64,000 nt of DNA, from NCBI GenBank assembly GCA_951406725.2, contig OX597814.1, positions 9,176,001 to 9,240,000 on the forward strand, in the 5' to 3' direction. The notes under the pieces are model-generated. The model was not told the origin of the DNA. It worked only from the letters and a program-made list of their open reading frames with translations, and ran no database searches. A program made the position numbers and the translations under genes. Source of the stretch: Octopus vulgaris. Taxonomy: Eukaryota. This document shows, in pieces, positions 13,201-28,400 of the stretch; the stretch's first letter is position 1; each line of letters begins with the position of its first letter.

Positions 13201-16200
13201 ACAGGGTAGTTAAGGATCCTGGCATGGGTGGGGCGCTGATCAATTTGGATCAATCAAAACCCTTCGATAGGGTAGATCATCACTACTTGGAGGCTGTCCT
13301 TAAAGCAGCTGGTTTTGGTCCCACCTTCTGTAGTTGGATCACTGCCTTATACAGCGGCATCAGCCTGGTAGCTCGCATAAATGGTCATCTATCCAAACCA
13401 TTTAACATCATGCATTTGGTTCATCAAGGATGTCCCCTCTCGTAGCTACTGTATGTATTCACTCTTGAGTCACTACTGCGGAAGCTGGCGATGCCGAGGG
13501 GCATCCCGTGAGAGCTGGTATGCGGGAGGAGTGTGTCTGCATACACGGACGACGTCACCGTCATAGTGTCGAGCCACAAGCACATCAACCTGGTTGGCAA
13601 GACACTAAAAGAATACGAAGCGGTAACGGGAGCAAAAATTTACGGACCGGTTAAATTGCTCAGAGTCTGGTTCGGTCCGGACCTCCAAATGGAGAAGAAC
13701 TGGGGTGAAATAATGACTAGGGTGACCACTCTCACCCAGCAATGGGCTGAGAGGAAGCTATCCCTAAAAGGTCAGGTGGAGGTGGCGAATGCATACATCA
13801 CATCCATCATCGAGTACCGTCTGACCATTGTGCCTTGTCTCGACCCTACCATCACCAAACTGGAATGCATACTCTTCCGCTTCCTGTGGAAGGGAAGCGT
13901 TCTAATGGTTAGGCGATCCATTTGCTGTCAACACCTGTTAAATAAAGGGCTAAGCATGCTGTGGTTGATGATTTGTAGACATGCGCTAAAACTGCAACAT
14001 CTCTGGCATTTCATAGATGACCGTGAACAGGTGTGGTCGCCGTTTGTGCGGCACACTTTTCCACAGCTCAATCTCCTTGGCCGAACTACAGTCGTGGATC
14101 AAACAGAGACCGAGGCTAGGCAAATGGCACCGCGAGTGTCGCTTTGCTCTCAAGCAACTCTGCTGTCCGGGACCAAACTTGTGCGACATCATTACAACAA
14201 AGGTGTTCAATAGAGAATTAGTGGAGGAGAGGTGCGACAACGTTTTTAGGCAGAATCTGGGCGTCGACAAGGAACATCTGACCCACCTGTTCAGGACAAC
14301 TTTCAGGCCGGGACCTATGGACAATCATCAAAGATCGCTGACCTGGCAGTGCTATTGAGAAGCATTACCTGTTCGGGATAAGCTCTACAGGCATAGTTCG
14401 AGATACACCAGGCCAACTTGCCCAAGATGCTGTCAGAGTAATGAAACCATTCTGCACACACTCGTGCAGTGTCCAACCATTTTGGACCTGTGGGCTTATA
14501 CTGAACGGCTGCTGTCACATGTGGGACAAGTTCACCTGTCAGCTAAGTCTATCGTGACAATTGCTCTTCCACCTTCCCTCAACTGGGGAGGCAAGGCAAT
14601 CTTCATCGAACTGGTGGCCATGGTGAAAGAATGTGTGTGGTGGACTCAAGCAAAAGGATTAGAGACAAACACTTACCTCTCTGGCCAATCGCTCATCAAC
14701 TTTTTCAAGTACCACTTGAAAAGGAAGGTGAGAATGGAGAAGCAGGTTTTGTCTCGTGAAACTTTCAAAAAAGGTGGGAGAGTGTTTCGGTCATTGTTAC
14801 TTGTTTCAGTCATTAGACTACAGCCTTGCTGGAGCAATACCTTGAAGAATTTTTACATGAACTAATTGATCTTTTAAGACAGGTGCTTGTTTTAACATGT
14901 CATTTGCCAGACAGCTAAGTTATGGGGACTTAAACAAACCAACATGGGTTCTTGAGTGGTGTATTCTGGGACTGACACAGCCACAAAGACACACACACAC
15001 ACACACTTGTGTATATGTATGATGATGATTATCATGATCATGATGATCATCATTGTTTAAACGTCCACTTTCCCTGCTGGCATGGTTTGACTGAGGGCTG
15101 GAGAGCCAGAAGGCTGCACCAGGCTCCAATCTGACCTGGCAATGTTTCTACAGCTGGATGCGCTTCCTAACACCAACCACTCTGAGAGTGATATGTGGGT
15201 GCTTTTTACGTGCCACAGGCACAAAAGCTGGTCAAGCGGTCCTGGCATCCATCACGTTCAGATAGTGCTTTTTATGTGCTACTGGCACAGGAGCCAGTCA
15301 GAAGGTACTGGTATCAGTCACATTGGGGTGATGCATTTTATGTGCCACTGGAATGGAAACCAGTGAGGGGCACTGGCCACAGCTGTGATTTTTGGTTTTA
15401 CCTAACTCAACAGACCTCAAGCAACACTGGCATCGGCCATGGATACGATTTCACTTTAGTTGCCAGGTCTTCTAAATAGCACAACATATCTCCAAAGGTC
15501 ACTTGCCATTGTCTCAGTGAGGCCCAGTGTTCAAAGTTCATGCTTCACCACCTCATCTCATGTCTTCCATAGCTTCCGTCTACAATTAGGGAGTGGCACT
15601 TCTTCACAAAGCTGTCCTCATCCATACTTAACCCATGACCATACCAGCGCAGTCATCTCTCTCGCTCACCACATTTGATGCTTCTTCTGCACAACTTTTC
15701 TCTCAGGGCGCTTACACTCTGTCGTGTATGCACACTGACATTACACATCCAGCGGATCATACTAGCTTCATTTCTTTCAAGCCTACGCATGTCCTCAGCA
15801 GTCATGGCCCATGTTTTACTGCTGTGTAACATGGCAGTTTGCACACATGCATCATACCTTTCATCCTGAGCGAGGGGCCTTTAGTTGCCAGGAGGGGTAG
15901 GATCTCCCTGAACTTTGCCCAGGCTATTCTTATTCTAGTAGTAACACTCTCTGAGCATCCACCCCCACTACTACCTTGGCCACCTAGGTAGCAGAAGCTA
16001 ACAACTACTTCTAGTTTTTCCCCTTGTCATGTGATAGAATATGTTTTCTGTATATCTTCAGTGCTTATTGCCCCTGTGCATTGGCCACATACAAAAACTA
16101 TTTTCCTGGTTAACCTTCCTTTGATATTGCTAAACCTTTTATGTGTCCATAGCTTACACTGGGTGCATTGTAAGGAGCTTATACCCATGCCTTTTCTACC

Positions 16201-19200
16201 GCTCGATTCACAAATGGCCTGAACTCTTTACATGAATACCACCCTGTACATAACTCCATGTCCCCCTACATGGCCTTGCTTTTTGCTTTTGAGCCAAAAA
16301 CTAACCAACTAACTAACTAACTACAGATCGAGCAGGATCATCTACCTGAAGGGGTTTGTGATTTGTCATCATTCCTATTTACTAAGACTTTCGTTTTTGC
16401 TAGGTTAAACCTAAGCCCCTTCGATTCTAGACCTTGCTTTCACACCTTAAATTTCGTCTCTAGTTCTGACAGTGACTCAGCTATTAGAGCAAGGTCATCA
16501 GCATAGAGGAGCTCCCAAGGGTAGCCTGTCTTGAATCCCTCTGTTATTGCCTGGAGGACTATAATGAACAAGAGCGGCTGATGACTGATCCCTGGTGAAC
16601 CACTTCTTCTAACCAGAATTCTTCACTATACTCGTTGCCAACCCCCACCTTACTGACACCATCCCTGTGCAGGGTTTGTACAGCTCTTACCAACCACTTG
16701 TCTATCCCCAGTTTCCACATTGACCACCAGAGAAGGGACCAGGGGACCCTGTCAAAGGCTTTTTTCATGTCAATGAAAGCCAAGTATAGAAGTTTATCTT
16801 TGGCAAGATATTTCTCCTGCAGCTGTCTTACCAGAAATATAGCATCAGTGGTGCTTCTGCCTGGCACAAAACCAAACTGCATCTCATCTAGGCTAACTCT
16901 CTCCCTAATTAGTTGGACTATGACCCTCTCTGTAACTTTCATCACCTGATCCAATAATTTGATACCTCTGTAGTTATTTCTATCTAAAGCATCACCTTTC
17001 CCCCTTGTGACAGTTTGAATATGGTGCTGCTACACCAGTCATTGGGTATGACTCCTTCATGAACTACATGATTTGATGCGGGTGACAAGACCCTAACCCA
17101 CACCACCCGATATTTTAAGCATTCTGCAGTGATTGCTGATGGGCTGTCTTCATATCGTTAATTGCTTTATCTACAGGGTCCCTCAATTGGGTCGATCTTT
17201 GGAAGATTCTCCTCCTCCCAATTCATTCTCTACATTCAGCAGTCTTTCATAATGCCATCTCCAAGCCTCTTTCTTTGCAGAATCATTAAACACAAGGGCA
17301 CCATCATCCATGCAAACACATTTCTCTCCTATAGCATCACAGTTTTCTCTCACACACTGTGGAAACTAGGGATAGATGAATGGTTAGTGAAAGTTGTGCA
17401 AGCCATGTACAAGGATGCTGTCAGTAAGGTGAGGGTTGACAATGAGTAGAGTGAAGAATTCCAGATAGGGGTAGGGATCCACCAAGGATCAGTGCTCAGC
17501 CCCCTCTTATTCACCATAGTCCCCAGGCAATAACAGAGGAATTCAGGAGAGGATATCCCAGGGAGCTCCTCTATGTTGATGACTTGCTCTAATTGCTGAT
17601 TCACTATCAGAACTAGAGTAGAAATTTCAGGTGTGGAAGCAAAGATTAGAATCGAAGGGCCTTAGAGTTAATCTAGCTAAAACCAAAGTCCTAGTAAGTA
17701 GGAAGTCAGACAAATTGCAAATTCCTTCAGGTAGATAGCCCTACTCGATCGGTAGAAAAGGTGTAGGTAGAAACTCCGTAAGATGTACTCAGTGTAAGCT
17801 ATGGATGCATAAGAGGTGCAGCAATATCAAAGGAATGCTAACTGGGAAGATAGTTTTTGTATGTGGCAGATGCTCAGGAGCAATAAACACAGAAAATGTG
17901 CAGAGAACAGCTTCTGTCACATTCCTAGGGAGAAAACTAGAAGTAGTTGATAGCTTCTCTTACCTAGGTGACCAAGTCAGTAGCAGGGGTTGATATTCTA
18001 AGAGTGTAGCTGCTAGAATAAGAATAGCCTGGGCAAAGTTCAGAGAGCACTTACCTCTGCTGGTGACCAAAGGCCTCTCGCTCAGAGTAAAAAGTAGACT
18101 GTATGACATATGTGTGCAATAACCCATGCTACATGGCAGTGAAACATGGGCCATGACTGCTGAGGACATGCGTAATCTTGCAAGGAATGAAGCCAGTATG
18201 CTCTGCTGGATGTGCAATGTCAGTGTGCATGCACAACAGAGTGTAAGCACCCCGAGAGAAAAGTTGGACTTAAGAAGCATCAGATGTGATGTGCAAGGGA
18301 GATGACAGCACTGGTATGGCCATGTGTTGTGTATGGATGAGGACAGCCGTACAGCTGTGTGAAAAAGTGTCACACCCTAGCAGTAGAGAGAAACTGGCAG
18401 TAGAGGGAAGACCTGGGATGAAGTGATGAAGCACGACCTTCGAACATTGGGTTATACCGAGGCAATGATAAGTGACCGAGACCTTTGGAGATATGCTGTG
18501 CTTGAGAAGACTCAGCAAGCCAAGTGAGACTGTAACCATGACATATGCCAGTGTAGCTTAACCAGCCCGTTTAAGAGTACCCTTCAATCATTGGCCAATA
18601 AACTGCACTTGCAAAGACCTGTTGAGACAAGTGAAGTCATTGTCACGGCCAATAACAGTACTTCCTGATTGGCTCCTCTGCCAGTGGTACATTAAAAGCA
18701 CTGTTCAAGCATGATCTTTGCCAGTGCTACCTGACTGGTTCCTCTGCCAGTGGCATGTAAAAAGTATCATTTGAGCATGGTCGATGCCAGTGCCAGCTGA
18801 CTGGTCCTGTCCTGATGGCATGTGAAAAAACCAGTCGAGTGTGATCATTGCCTGTACCACCTGACTGGCCCTTGTGCTGGTCGCATTTGAAAATCACCCA
18901 CTACACTCTCAGAGTGTTTGGCGTTAGGAAGGGCATCCAGCTCTAGTAAGTTTGCCAGATTGGAATGAAGCCTGGTGCAGCCTTCTGGCTTGCCAGCCCT
19001 CAATCAAACCATCCAACCCATGCCAGTTTGGAAAGCGGATGTTAAATGATGATGATGTTGAACATCAAACAACAAACAACAAATACATCAACCAACCTTT
19101 GCTATTTCTGTGTCTTGAGGATAAACCACAAAGTTTACAACTTTGATCTGGCTTGAATTTTGATTTGAGTAGTTTTTCACAGCTTCATACATTGTTCTAG

Positions 19201-20856
19201 GTAGTTCTTCAATGGGGTACTTCAATGTTCCAGCTCCTAATATAGGAAATGCAAGGCTTTTTGCACCCATTCTCTCAGCCTTTTCCAGACAAGTGGTTAT
19301 TATTTGAGTCAAGTTTGCCAGAATCTAAAAAAAATAAGTGTTTAGCAATTGATAATGAATATTTTATTAAATTATTTTCTTATTACAGGAAGAAACCATT
19401 AAGTTGTAATAAATATATCCTCCCCGCACAACTCCTCTCACTCCTACCACTTCTAAACACAACTGTCATTCCTATCACTCTTTAGTCCTGCAAGGGACAA
19501 GGCAACCTCACTCATGTGGCTGCTACAATAAAACAGACCCCATCCATCGTGTAAAATTGTTGGTGAATGAAGAGAGAGAATGCAGACCCAAGAGGAGTCT
19601 TTAGTGTTGTTGAGGACATGACAACCTGTCTAGTGCTCGTGCCATGACAGAGAAAAACTCACCAATACAGACAGTAAAACACAGAAATATGTTTTAATAT
19701 AGTCTTATTTATCAGTCACATAACTGTTGTTAGGCCATGAGGCTTTTTTCCTTCTATTTATATATAAAAGTGTCCTGTTCATCGATATCTTCTGCTTCCT
19801 TCCAACGATAACTTGGAAGAACAAATATTAAACAGGATGCTGACATTTGCTTTATGATTCTCACACAACATGCATAAGGTTCTATTCAAACATTAACTCT
19901 TTCAATAAATCAATATCATATGATTGATACTTACTAAATCAGGGGAATTTTCATCCCAGGGAGGTAATACCAGATGAAATACATTCTTACAGTTGAGGTT
20001 ATATCCTTTAGTGACGGCTATTTTAGATGTAGAAATACCTTGAGGATATCTCTGGTTACATTCGTTTTGTATCTCAGGACCAGCAGCAAAGAGAATAAAT
20101 TTGGAGATAGAACCATTGTTAAGCTCAAGGTTTTTATTGGTGCTGTTAACGATGACATCAAGCTGAAAAAGTAATTAATGGTAAACAACTAAGGAACATT
20201 CCATGGAGAGAAGAGAAATACATTGTTGCAGTTGATATTGTTGTTAAGAAAGGCTCTACAGAATGGCTGTAGTAAGTTTGAGGTTGTTAAAGTTAGCAAA
20301 AGATATACTCAAGATATCAGATGTGAAGGAAATAAAATGTTTGAGTTTGATTGAGAAAATGTTTTAATTAACTGTAATGATTCCTCATTTGGAAATGAAA
20401 TAACAATTAAATATAAATATGTCACATGAATCTTTTTACTCACAGATGCATTAGAAATTGAATCAATCATTAGGTTTATTTCAATGCCATCATATTCTCT
20501 GGATGTCTCATTAGTTCTGGGTGTCATAGAGGATGGTTCCTGTTGTGAGCCAGGAAGGGATGCGTTTGACGATGCGGTGTCTGGAAATAAACAAAATTCT
20601 TTATGTGCTTTGAGTTATTTCTAATTTTCAATCAAACGTTCTTCTCTGTATTTAAAGAACCACTTTATTCCATATAGACAGTAATATCGGTTGGAAATTT
20701 TGGCACAGGGCCATCAATTTCAAGAGGCACCAAAAGTTGATTTTATTGACTCCAGTTTTCAACTGGTTCTCATTTTATAGACCCTGAAAAGGTGCAACTC
20801 AGACTGATGAAATGCAGCTAAACATTTCACCCAATTTGCTGATGATTGTACCTTAC

Positions 20857-20915
<59 letters not shown>

Positions 20916-22439
20916 TTTAGAATGGAATTTGGATTCAAGAGTATGAAGTAATCTACCTAAAAAGATGCAAGGCACAGTCCCTGACAGAAACAGAATTACT
21001 GAATTTAGACTCGTTTAAGCAAATTGAAATGGAAGAACACAAATACCTTTGTGTACTGGAAGTCAACGAGATAATGGAAAAGGAAACGAAAGAGCAACTG
21101 AGGATGGAGTATTTCCGAAGACTGAAGTTGGTGTTGTGCTTGAAATTGACTGGATGGAATAAAGTCTAGTCCAAGCAGTCAATACGTGGGTGATAGCATC
21201 ACTTCAGTATGGAGTGGGAATTATAAAATGAAAAATAAAGAAAAAAAGAAGAGAGAAGTGAAGAAAATGGATACCAAGACCAGAAAAATGTTGACAGAAG
21301 ATGGAACCTTCCACCCTATGAGTGACACGGATAAGCTGTACTTGTCCAGAAGAAAGAGTTGGGGAGGTTTGATCAGTTGCCTGGATGATATCGAAGGAGA
21401 GAGAAACAGCTTAGGGTGGTATATAAAAAATTCTGTGGAGCCAGTGTTGAAGGCTGGCATCATCAAAACTGAGAATTGAGTAACTAAAGAAAAATTTAAA
21501 TAAGAAATGAACAAATAAAAAGGCAAAAAACATGGAAGGAAAAAAATGTGTGGTGAGTTTGCAAGAGATGTGAATGCCAAGACAAATGCAAAAGACCAGA
21601 GTCTGTGGATGAGGTGGAGTGACCTGAAGATAGAGATAAAAGCACTCATATGTGCAGCTCAGGAACAAGCATTAAGGACCAATTATATAAAATGCAGAAT
21701 TGACAACACTACCTATAGCGACAAATGCAGAATGTGTGGTGAGAGGGGTGAAACAGTATGGCACATCATTAGTGAATGCCTGAAATTGGCACAACACGAA
21801 TACAAATGCCATCATGATAATGTAGAATGAATGATCCATTGGAAGCTCTGTGGAAATCATGGCCGACAAAGAGCAGAGACATGATATGAGCAAACCCCAG
21901 AAGAAGTCACCAAAAATGAAAACTGCAAAATCCTGTGGGATGTAATGATCCAGTGCAATCACCTAACCAGACATAGGAAACCAGACATTGTTGTGGTGAA
22001 TAAAAAAGAAAGAACATGTGTGAGTATCAACATAGCATGCCCCGGTGACAAGCGGATCAATGGGAAAGAAGAGAAAATAGGCAACTATGATGATTTAAAG
22101 GAATATAAAGGCTGTGCTTAGTGAAGAGAGTACATGTAAGACCAATAGTAATTGGTGCACTTGGAATTATCAGCATTCATCTACCAACATGGCTGAAAAA
22201 GATCAGTACAAGTGTGAAGGTAGAACACCTACAAAAATCAACATTGCTTGGATGTGCAAGAATTCTTCACAGGTTCTTGAAGCATGACCAGTAAACAAGT
22301 GTCACCTTAGTCTGCTAGCTGTGGACAGCTGACACTTTCCATTATACCCTGCAAAATAAGCTGTGAGTTTTCATATAATAATAATGATAATAATAATAAT
22401 AACAATAATAAAAATAATGATAATAATAATAAAAATAAA

Positions 22440-22484
<45 letters not shown>

Positions 22485-25400
22485 GGTGATGATGATGATA
22501 ATAATAATAATAATAATAATAATAATTATTATTATAATTATAATAATTATAATAAACATGAAAGACCGAACAAACCTCACTCTATTCTCAACGAGAGCAA
22601 AAAATTTGCCACTGATCTCTAAGATACCCACCAGATTGATCATGCTGAAGGAAATGTGCCAACTGCAGCTGCAAAGAAAATAAAATTAATTGCAAAGACA
22701 AAAGCACATGAAAATTTAGCTAGCAGATGGGAACAGAAACCTCTCCATGGCAAGTATGTGGCCCGTAGCAAACAAGCTGATGTCGACCAGAAACACACGC
22801 ACCAATGGTTACGAAGCTCAGGGCTAAAAGCAGAGAGTGAAGGTTTCATATTAGCTGCTCAAGACCAATGCATATTAACCCGGAACTACCAAGCCAATGT
22901 GACAAAAAAATGGAGCTGATCCAAAATGCCGATTCTGTAACAATGAGATTGAAACTAAAGACCACCTAATCTCAGGGTGTAGAGTCTTAGCACCTGTAGA
23001 ATATAAAGCAAGACATGACAGAGTCGGCCAGTATTTACATTGGACAATATGTCGGCATTATAAAATCAAAACCACTGACAAATGGTATAAACATCATCCT
23101 GAAGCTGTGACTGAGGTAGAAAATGTGTCTATTCTATGGGACTTCCCCGCACAGACCGACAAGACTATAAAAGCTAATACACCGGATATTATTATAAAAG
23201 ATCAGACAAAAAGGATGTGTTTATTAATTGACATAAGTATTCCCCGTGATCACAATATAGCGGTGAAAGAATTTGACAAGATTAGTAAATATAAAGACCT
23301 GCTAATAGAAATTGAAAAAATGTGGCATCTCAAGGCAACTACAGTACCAGTGATTGTAGGATCTCTAGGAATGATAAAAAAAGGTACTGAAACCTATTTG
23401 AAAATGATTCCAGGCTTACCATCCCTACAGGAAGTGCAAAAAATCGTATTAACTGGAATGGCTCATGTACTGAGAAGAGCATTATCGCTGTGAAAATAAC
23501 ATCCATCCATGAATTTATTTATTTATTAATTTTTAAATACATATTTTACCAGTGAATTTGCGTGTGTAATCTGGGAATGCATACAATGAGCTTCTGTCCC
23601 CTAGGTGTATGGAAAACACTCGGTGAGAAATGGAAGAAAATTTGAAGAAAGAAAGAAAAAAGAATAATAATAATAATTATAATTTACGTTTATATATTTG
23701 TTGTGCAAGATTTTTTATGTGAAGTCGTGTGTTGAAACAGATATTGTATTTCGGAATGGTTATTTTGCCAGTTTAGCCAATAAAAACACACGCACTATAT
23801 ATTTGGTGTTACTTTGCTTCAGTGTTATTTATTTTTTACATTAATCTTAATCTTATTTCGGCCAGAGTTCTTTCGTCACACTCCTGTGACCGCATCAGTG
23901 GTCCTTTGTTTTCTTCTTTCTTACTAACCATCAGCCATTTTGTATTTCTATTGTATGTGTCTTCATTTGCGCATGCTTATATCTCTATGTGTGTCTATGT
24001 TTAGTTAGTGGGGGGGGTTGCCTGTAATATTTGTATCTTCTGTTTATATACGTTCGTGTAATTTGTTGTTTTTGTTTTTTTTCAATTTGTTCATGTTTAC
24101 ATCCACTTATTATTATTATCATTATTATTATTATTATTATTACGTATGCTTGTATGTATGTATGTATGTATGTATGTATAACAACAATACTAGTAATAAC
24201 AATAATAATAATAATAATAAAACATTAAAAAAAATTTTTTTATTTAAAAATTTTTTTTAATCTTTTAAATTTAAAAAAAAAACCTATATAGTTATTTATT
24301 TCTATTTGTTTGTTTATCTGTGTATTTTATTTATTATGTTTTCAGTTTTGTTTATATTGTAACCAGTTTATGGGGATCTTCTGTCATATGTTGTGGTGTG
24401 TGCTAGTGTTCCATTCCAGTTTCCTATTCAGGCTTGGTTTATCTTCTGTTATGTGTGTAGCTTCTGTAATTTGTCTGATTGTTGCATCTGTTCTATGTGT
24501 GGACAAGATTTTAACCTCTATGTTGTTGATTGATCTCCTGTGTTCCTGCTCGGCGTGTAGGTACAGAATCGATGAGCTCTTTCCTTCCTTAAGTTCTCTC
24601 CAATGTCCATTTACCCACTCTCCTATGCTTCGTGCTGTTTCCCCTACGTGTGTTGTTGTCTTGTTACTGCATCGTCCCTCTATACATCTTATACTATAGA
24701 CTACATTTCTGGCTTTACAGTTTGTTTGTGGGCTAAATCTACACACAGTACAGTACCTATCCGTACAGGGGGTTCTACTAAAAGGGGCTCAATCAACAAC
24801 ATAGAGGTTAAAATCTTGTCCACACATAGAACAGATGCAACAATCAGACAAATTACAGAAGCTACACACATAACAGAAGATAAACCTAGCCTGAATAGGA
24901 AAGTGGAATAGAACACTAGCACACACCACAACATATGACAGAAGAGGATCCCCATAAACTGGTTACAATATAAACAAAACTGAAAACATAATAAATAAAA
25001 TACACAGATAAATAAACAAATAGAAATAAATAACTATATAGGATTTTTTTTAATTTAAAAGATTAAAAAAATTTTTTAAATAAAAAAAAATTTTTTAATG
25101 TTTTATTATTATTATTATTGTTATTACTAGTATTGTTGTTATACATACATACAAGCATACATAATAATAATAATAATGATAATAATAATAATAAGTGGGT
25201 GTAAACACATGAGCAAAATAATTAACAAAAACAAAAAAAGAAACAAATTACACGAACGTATATAAACAGAAGATACAAATATTACAGGCTTCCCCCCCAC
25301 ACACACACACACTAAATATACATAGACGCAAATGAAGATATACAATAGAAATACAAAATGGCTGACGGTTAGTAAGGAGATACACAAATAAGAAAGAAGA

Positions 25401-28400
25401 AAGCAAAGGACCACTTTTGCTGTCACAGGAGTGTGACGAAAGAACTCTGGCCGAAATAAGATTAAGATTAATGTAAAAAATAAATAACACTGAAGCAAAG
25501 TAACACCAAATATATAGTGCGTGCGTTTTTTATTGGCTAAACTGGCAAAATAACCATTCTGAAATATAACAATAATAATAATCACTGATGTTTAATAGAG
25601 AAGACACCATAATATTCAATATCAACAAACAAATTGTTTACCTTTTGAATGAAATCCTTCATTTTCCTGTTTATTTTGGAGATATTCATCAAATTTCTGT
25701 AAAAATCAAAACCATGATTATCATTTTTGTTTAATTTTTTGCTTTTTTTTAAAGAGAAGAGATTTAATTTAACAAAAGACAAAAAAAATATTTAAAATAT
25801 TTAATGATTTCTTTTTAATCAGTAATAAGGAAATGAGGAAAATTTCTTTTATCACTCAGATCAAAGATATTCCATCCATGGCCTTCCAGTCTACTGGGAG
25901 ACATGGTATTATAGTGGATGCGGCAGAAAAACCTTCCACTGTGACCACTGATGTGGTGTCAGTGAAGTTAAACATGTGGCAATGGTGTCTTCATGTAGCT
26001 GAAGTTGTATTGTTTCTTCTCTCCACTCACCATTCTGATTAAAACTGCTGAGTCTTGTGTTTGCTGTTGAAATGTCTATCAAGAATGTTGAAGTTGAGGT
26101 TCTTTGGTGCATCTTGTGTAGCCAAGAATATTTGAGCAACAAAAGCAGAGTACAAGGTAATTATTTTCATATTGTAAGCAAGAAGGAGGAGGTGGAGGAG
26201 GTCCAACAATTAGGATCATGGTCATTCATAAGAGAGATAACAAAGGAAAAGAGAAAAGATTCAAAAAGAAAGAACTTCACAAACAGTTCTACAGTGGACA
26301 GGAATTTCCCCTATTTCTTCATTCAATACCAAAAGGACATAAAGAATGCCTTTCGGTATTAACACTGCTTCTGTTGCTATTAATTATCTTTAATAAGCCT
26401 TCAGGCTATTTGTGACATCAGTGTCTATATATCGTTGACGGAGATTTGGCTGTTATGTTGCTACAGGGCGTCTGTCACTGATGAAACTGAGCAAAGCGAA
26501 AATACATGATCTGGCAGTTCTGGTACCTGTAGCAGATGATTGTCGTCTACAAACAATGTAAATATGAGTGCTTTTATGGACCGTGTGTCCATATGAGAGG
26601 TCCTCTCAAGGTAAATAAGGCAGTATTTGGTGTTCTAACACAACATCCACATTTAGTTGGACATAAATATTGCCTCTTGATATTAATACTGCTTCAGTTA
26701 TTATTACTTTTAATTACCTTGATTTAGGTTCAGTCCATGTGTCCATCCATCCATCCATCCATCCATCCATCTGATTGGCTATTGTCTGCATCGTCTCACA
26801 TAAGTCCATATATTTATGTATTTATGCATATACTCTTTTACTCTTTACTCTTTTACTTGCTTCAGTTATTTGACTGCGGCCATGCTGGAGCACCGCCTTT
26901 AGTCAAGCAAATTGACCCTGGGACTTATTCTTTGTAAGCCCAGTACTTATTCTATCGGTCTCTTTTGCCGAACCGCTAAGTGACGGGGACATAAACACAC
27001 CAGCATCGGTTGTCAAGCAATGCTAGGGGGACAAACACACACACATACATATACATACATATATACGACAGGCTTCTTTCAGTTTACGTCTACCAAATCC
27101 ACTCACAAGGCACTGGTCGGCCTGGGGCTATAGCAGAAGACACTTGCCCAAGATGCCACGCAGTGGGATATATCTGTATATATTTTTGACAGAAAGGTGC
27201 CTAATAACATCTGCTTGCTATGAGTGAAGCTTGCTTGAAAATTAGCCCATTAAGGGTGAATTTTCATATTGCAAAATCTTATCTCATAAACATTTTCATC
27301 TGTCTGGGAAACATACATGGACAGTGCAGCTAACACTATCAGCGTTCCTGTGTTCCAGTTAGAAGTGGAATTTCTACCATTACCATTACTGACCACTTTG
27401 AAGAAAAAAGAAAACATTGATGCACTCACACACACACACTTGAACAACAATACGCATACTGACACAAGCTTTCCTTCCAAACAAATGGGAAGGGAAGGCA
27501 AATAGATGAACGGTGCAACCACCTCTATTATCTCTCCTTTTACTACCACTGTTACAAAAACCACTACCACCAGCAACACTACAGTTGACAGACCGAATAA
27601 CTTTGCAGCTATTTTAAGACAAAAAAGGACAGTGAATGTCCTTCTCAACAGAAGAACTACTACAATGCAAAAAGTTATTAAACAAAGAAAACAGAAGTAT
27701 AAACCTCAACACCCCAGAAGGCATTTTGCAGGACAAAATCTAAAAATAAACAATAATATATAAAACCCTAAATATAAAGATTAAAAAACTAGAACAAGTC
27801 ACTCAACAAACAGTTGAGAACAGTCTACGGCCCGTATGGGCTTATGAAACATATATCACAAGGGGCAAAAGATTTACCACCATCCAGGTAGGACTTGACA
27901 CGGAGGAGCGCATGAAAGATTTATCAGGGAAATTCCTCAAATGAGAGGACTTGATAATGATTCCCACTTACCTTGGTTGTCGGGTGATGAAGGTGAGACA
28001 CAAAGATGTCCCCTCTGAGATACAAATAAGATGGCTGTTGTCAGCTGTCTGTTATGATTTTGAAGAAAATTTAAATATATTTAAAATTGCTGTCCTGGAA
28101 CAGCAAAACTGGGTTGGATGAGGGGTGGAGCTTGTAATCCAAACAAATCAGGAGACAATTGAAAAGCTCCCAGATTTAATAAAGCTACCGGATGGCATGA
28201 ATCTAAATGTCACCATTGAGGGTAGAAGGCCACGTTGCTACCTTTGTGGTAGCAAACACCATTTAAAAATTGACTACAAATTGGCAAAACAACAACAAGA
28301 CCAGAGTCCCAAGAGTAAACCAGCACTGTTACCCACACGACCATCAACACAAAAAAGGAAACAGTTCCACGAACAGATGAAAGAACTCCACAAAACAACC

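Noticed and set aside
20795-20825. CTGATGA motif (also ~39783 and ~60279)
   Set aside because: No stem II/GAAA/stem I arrangement; lies in a degenerate SINE-like stretch
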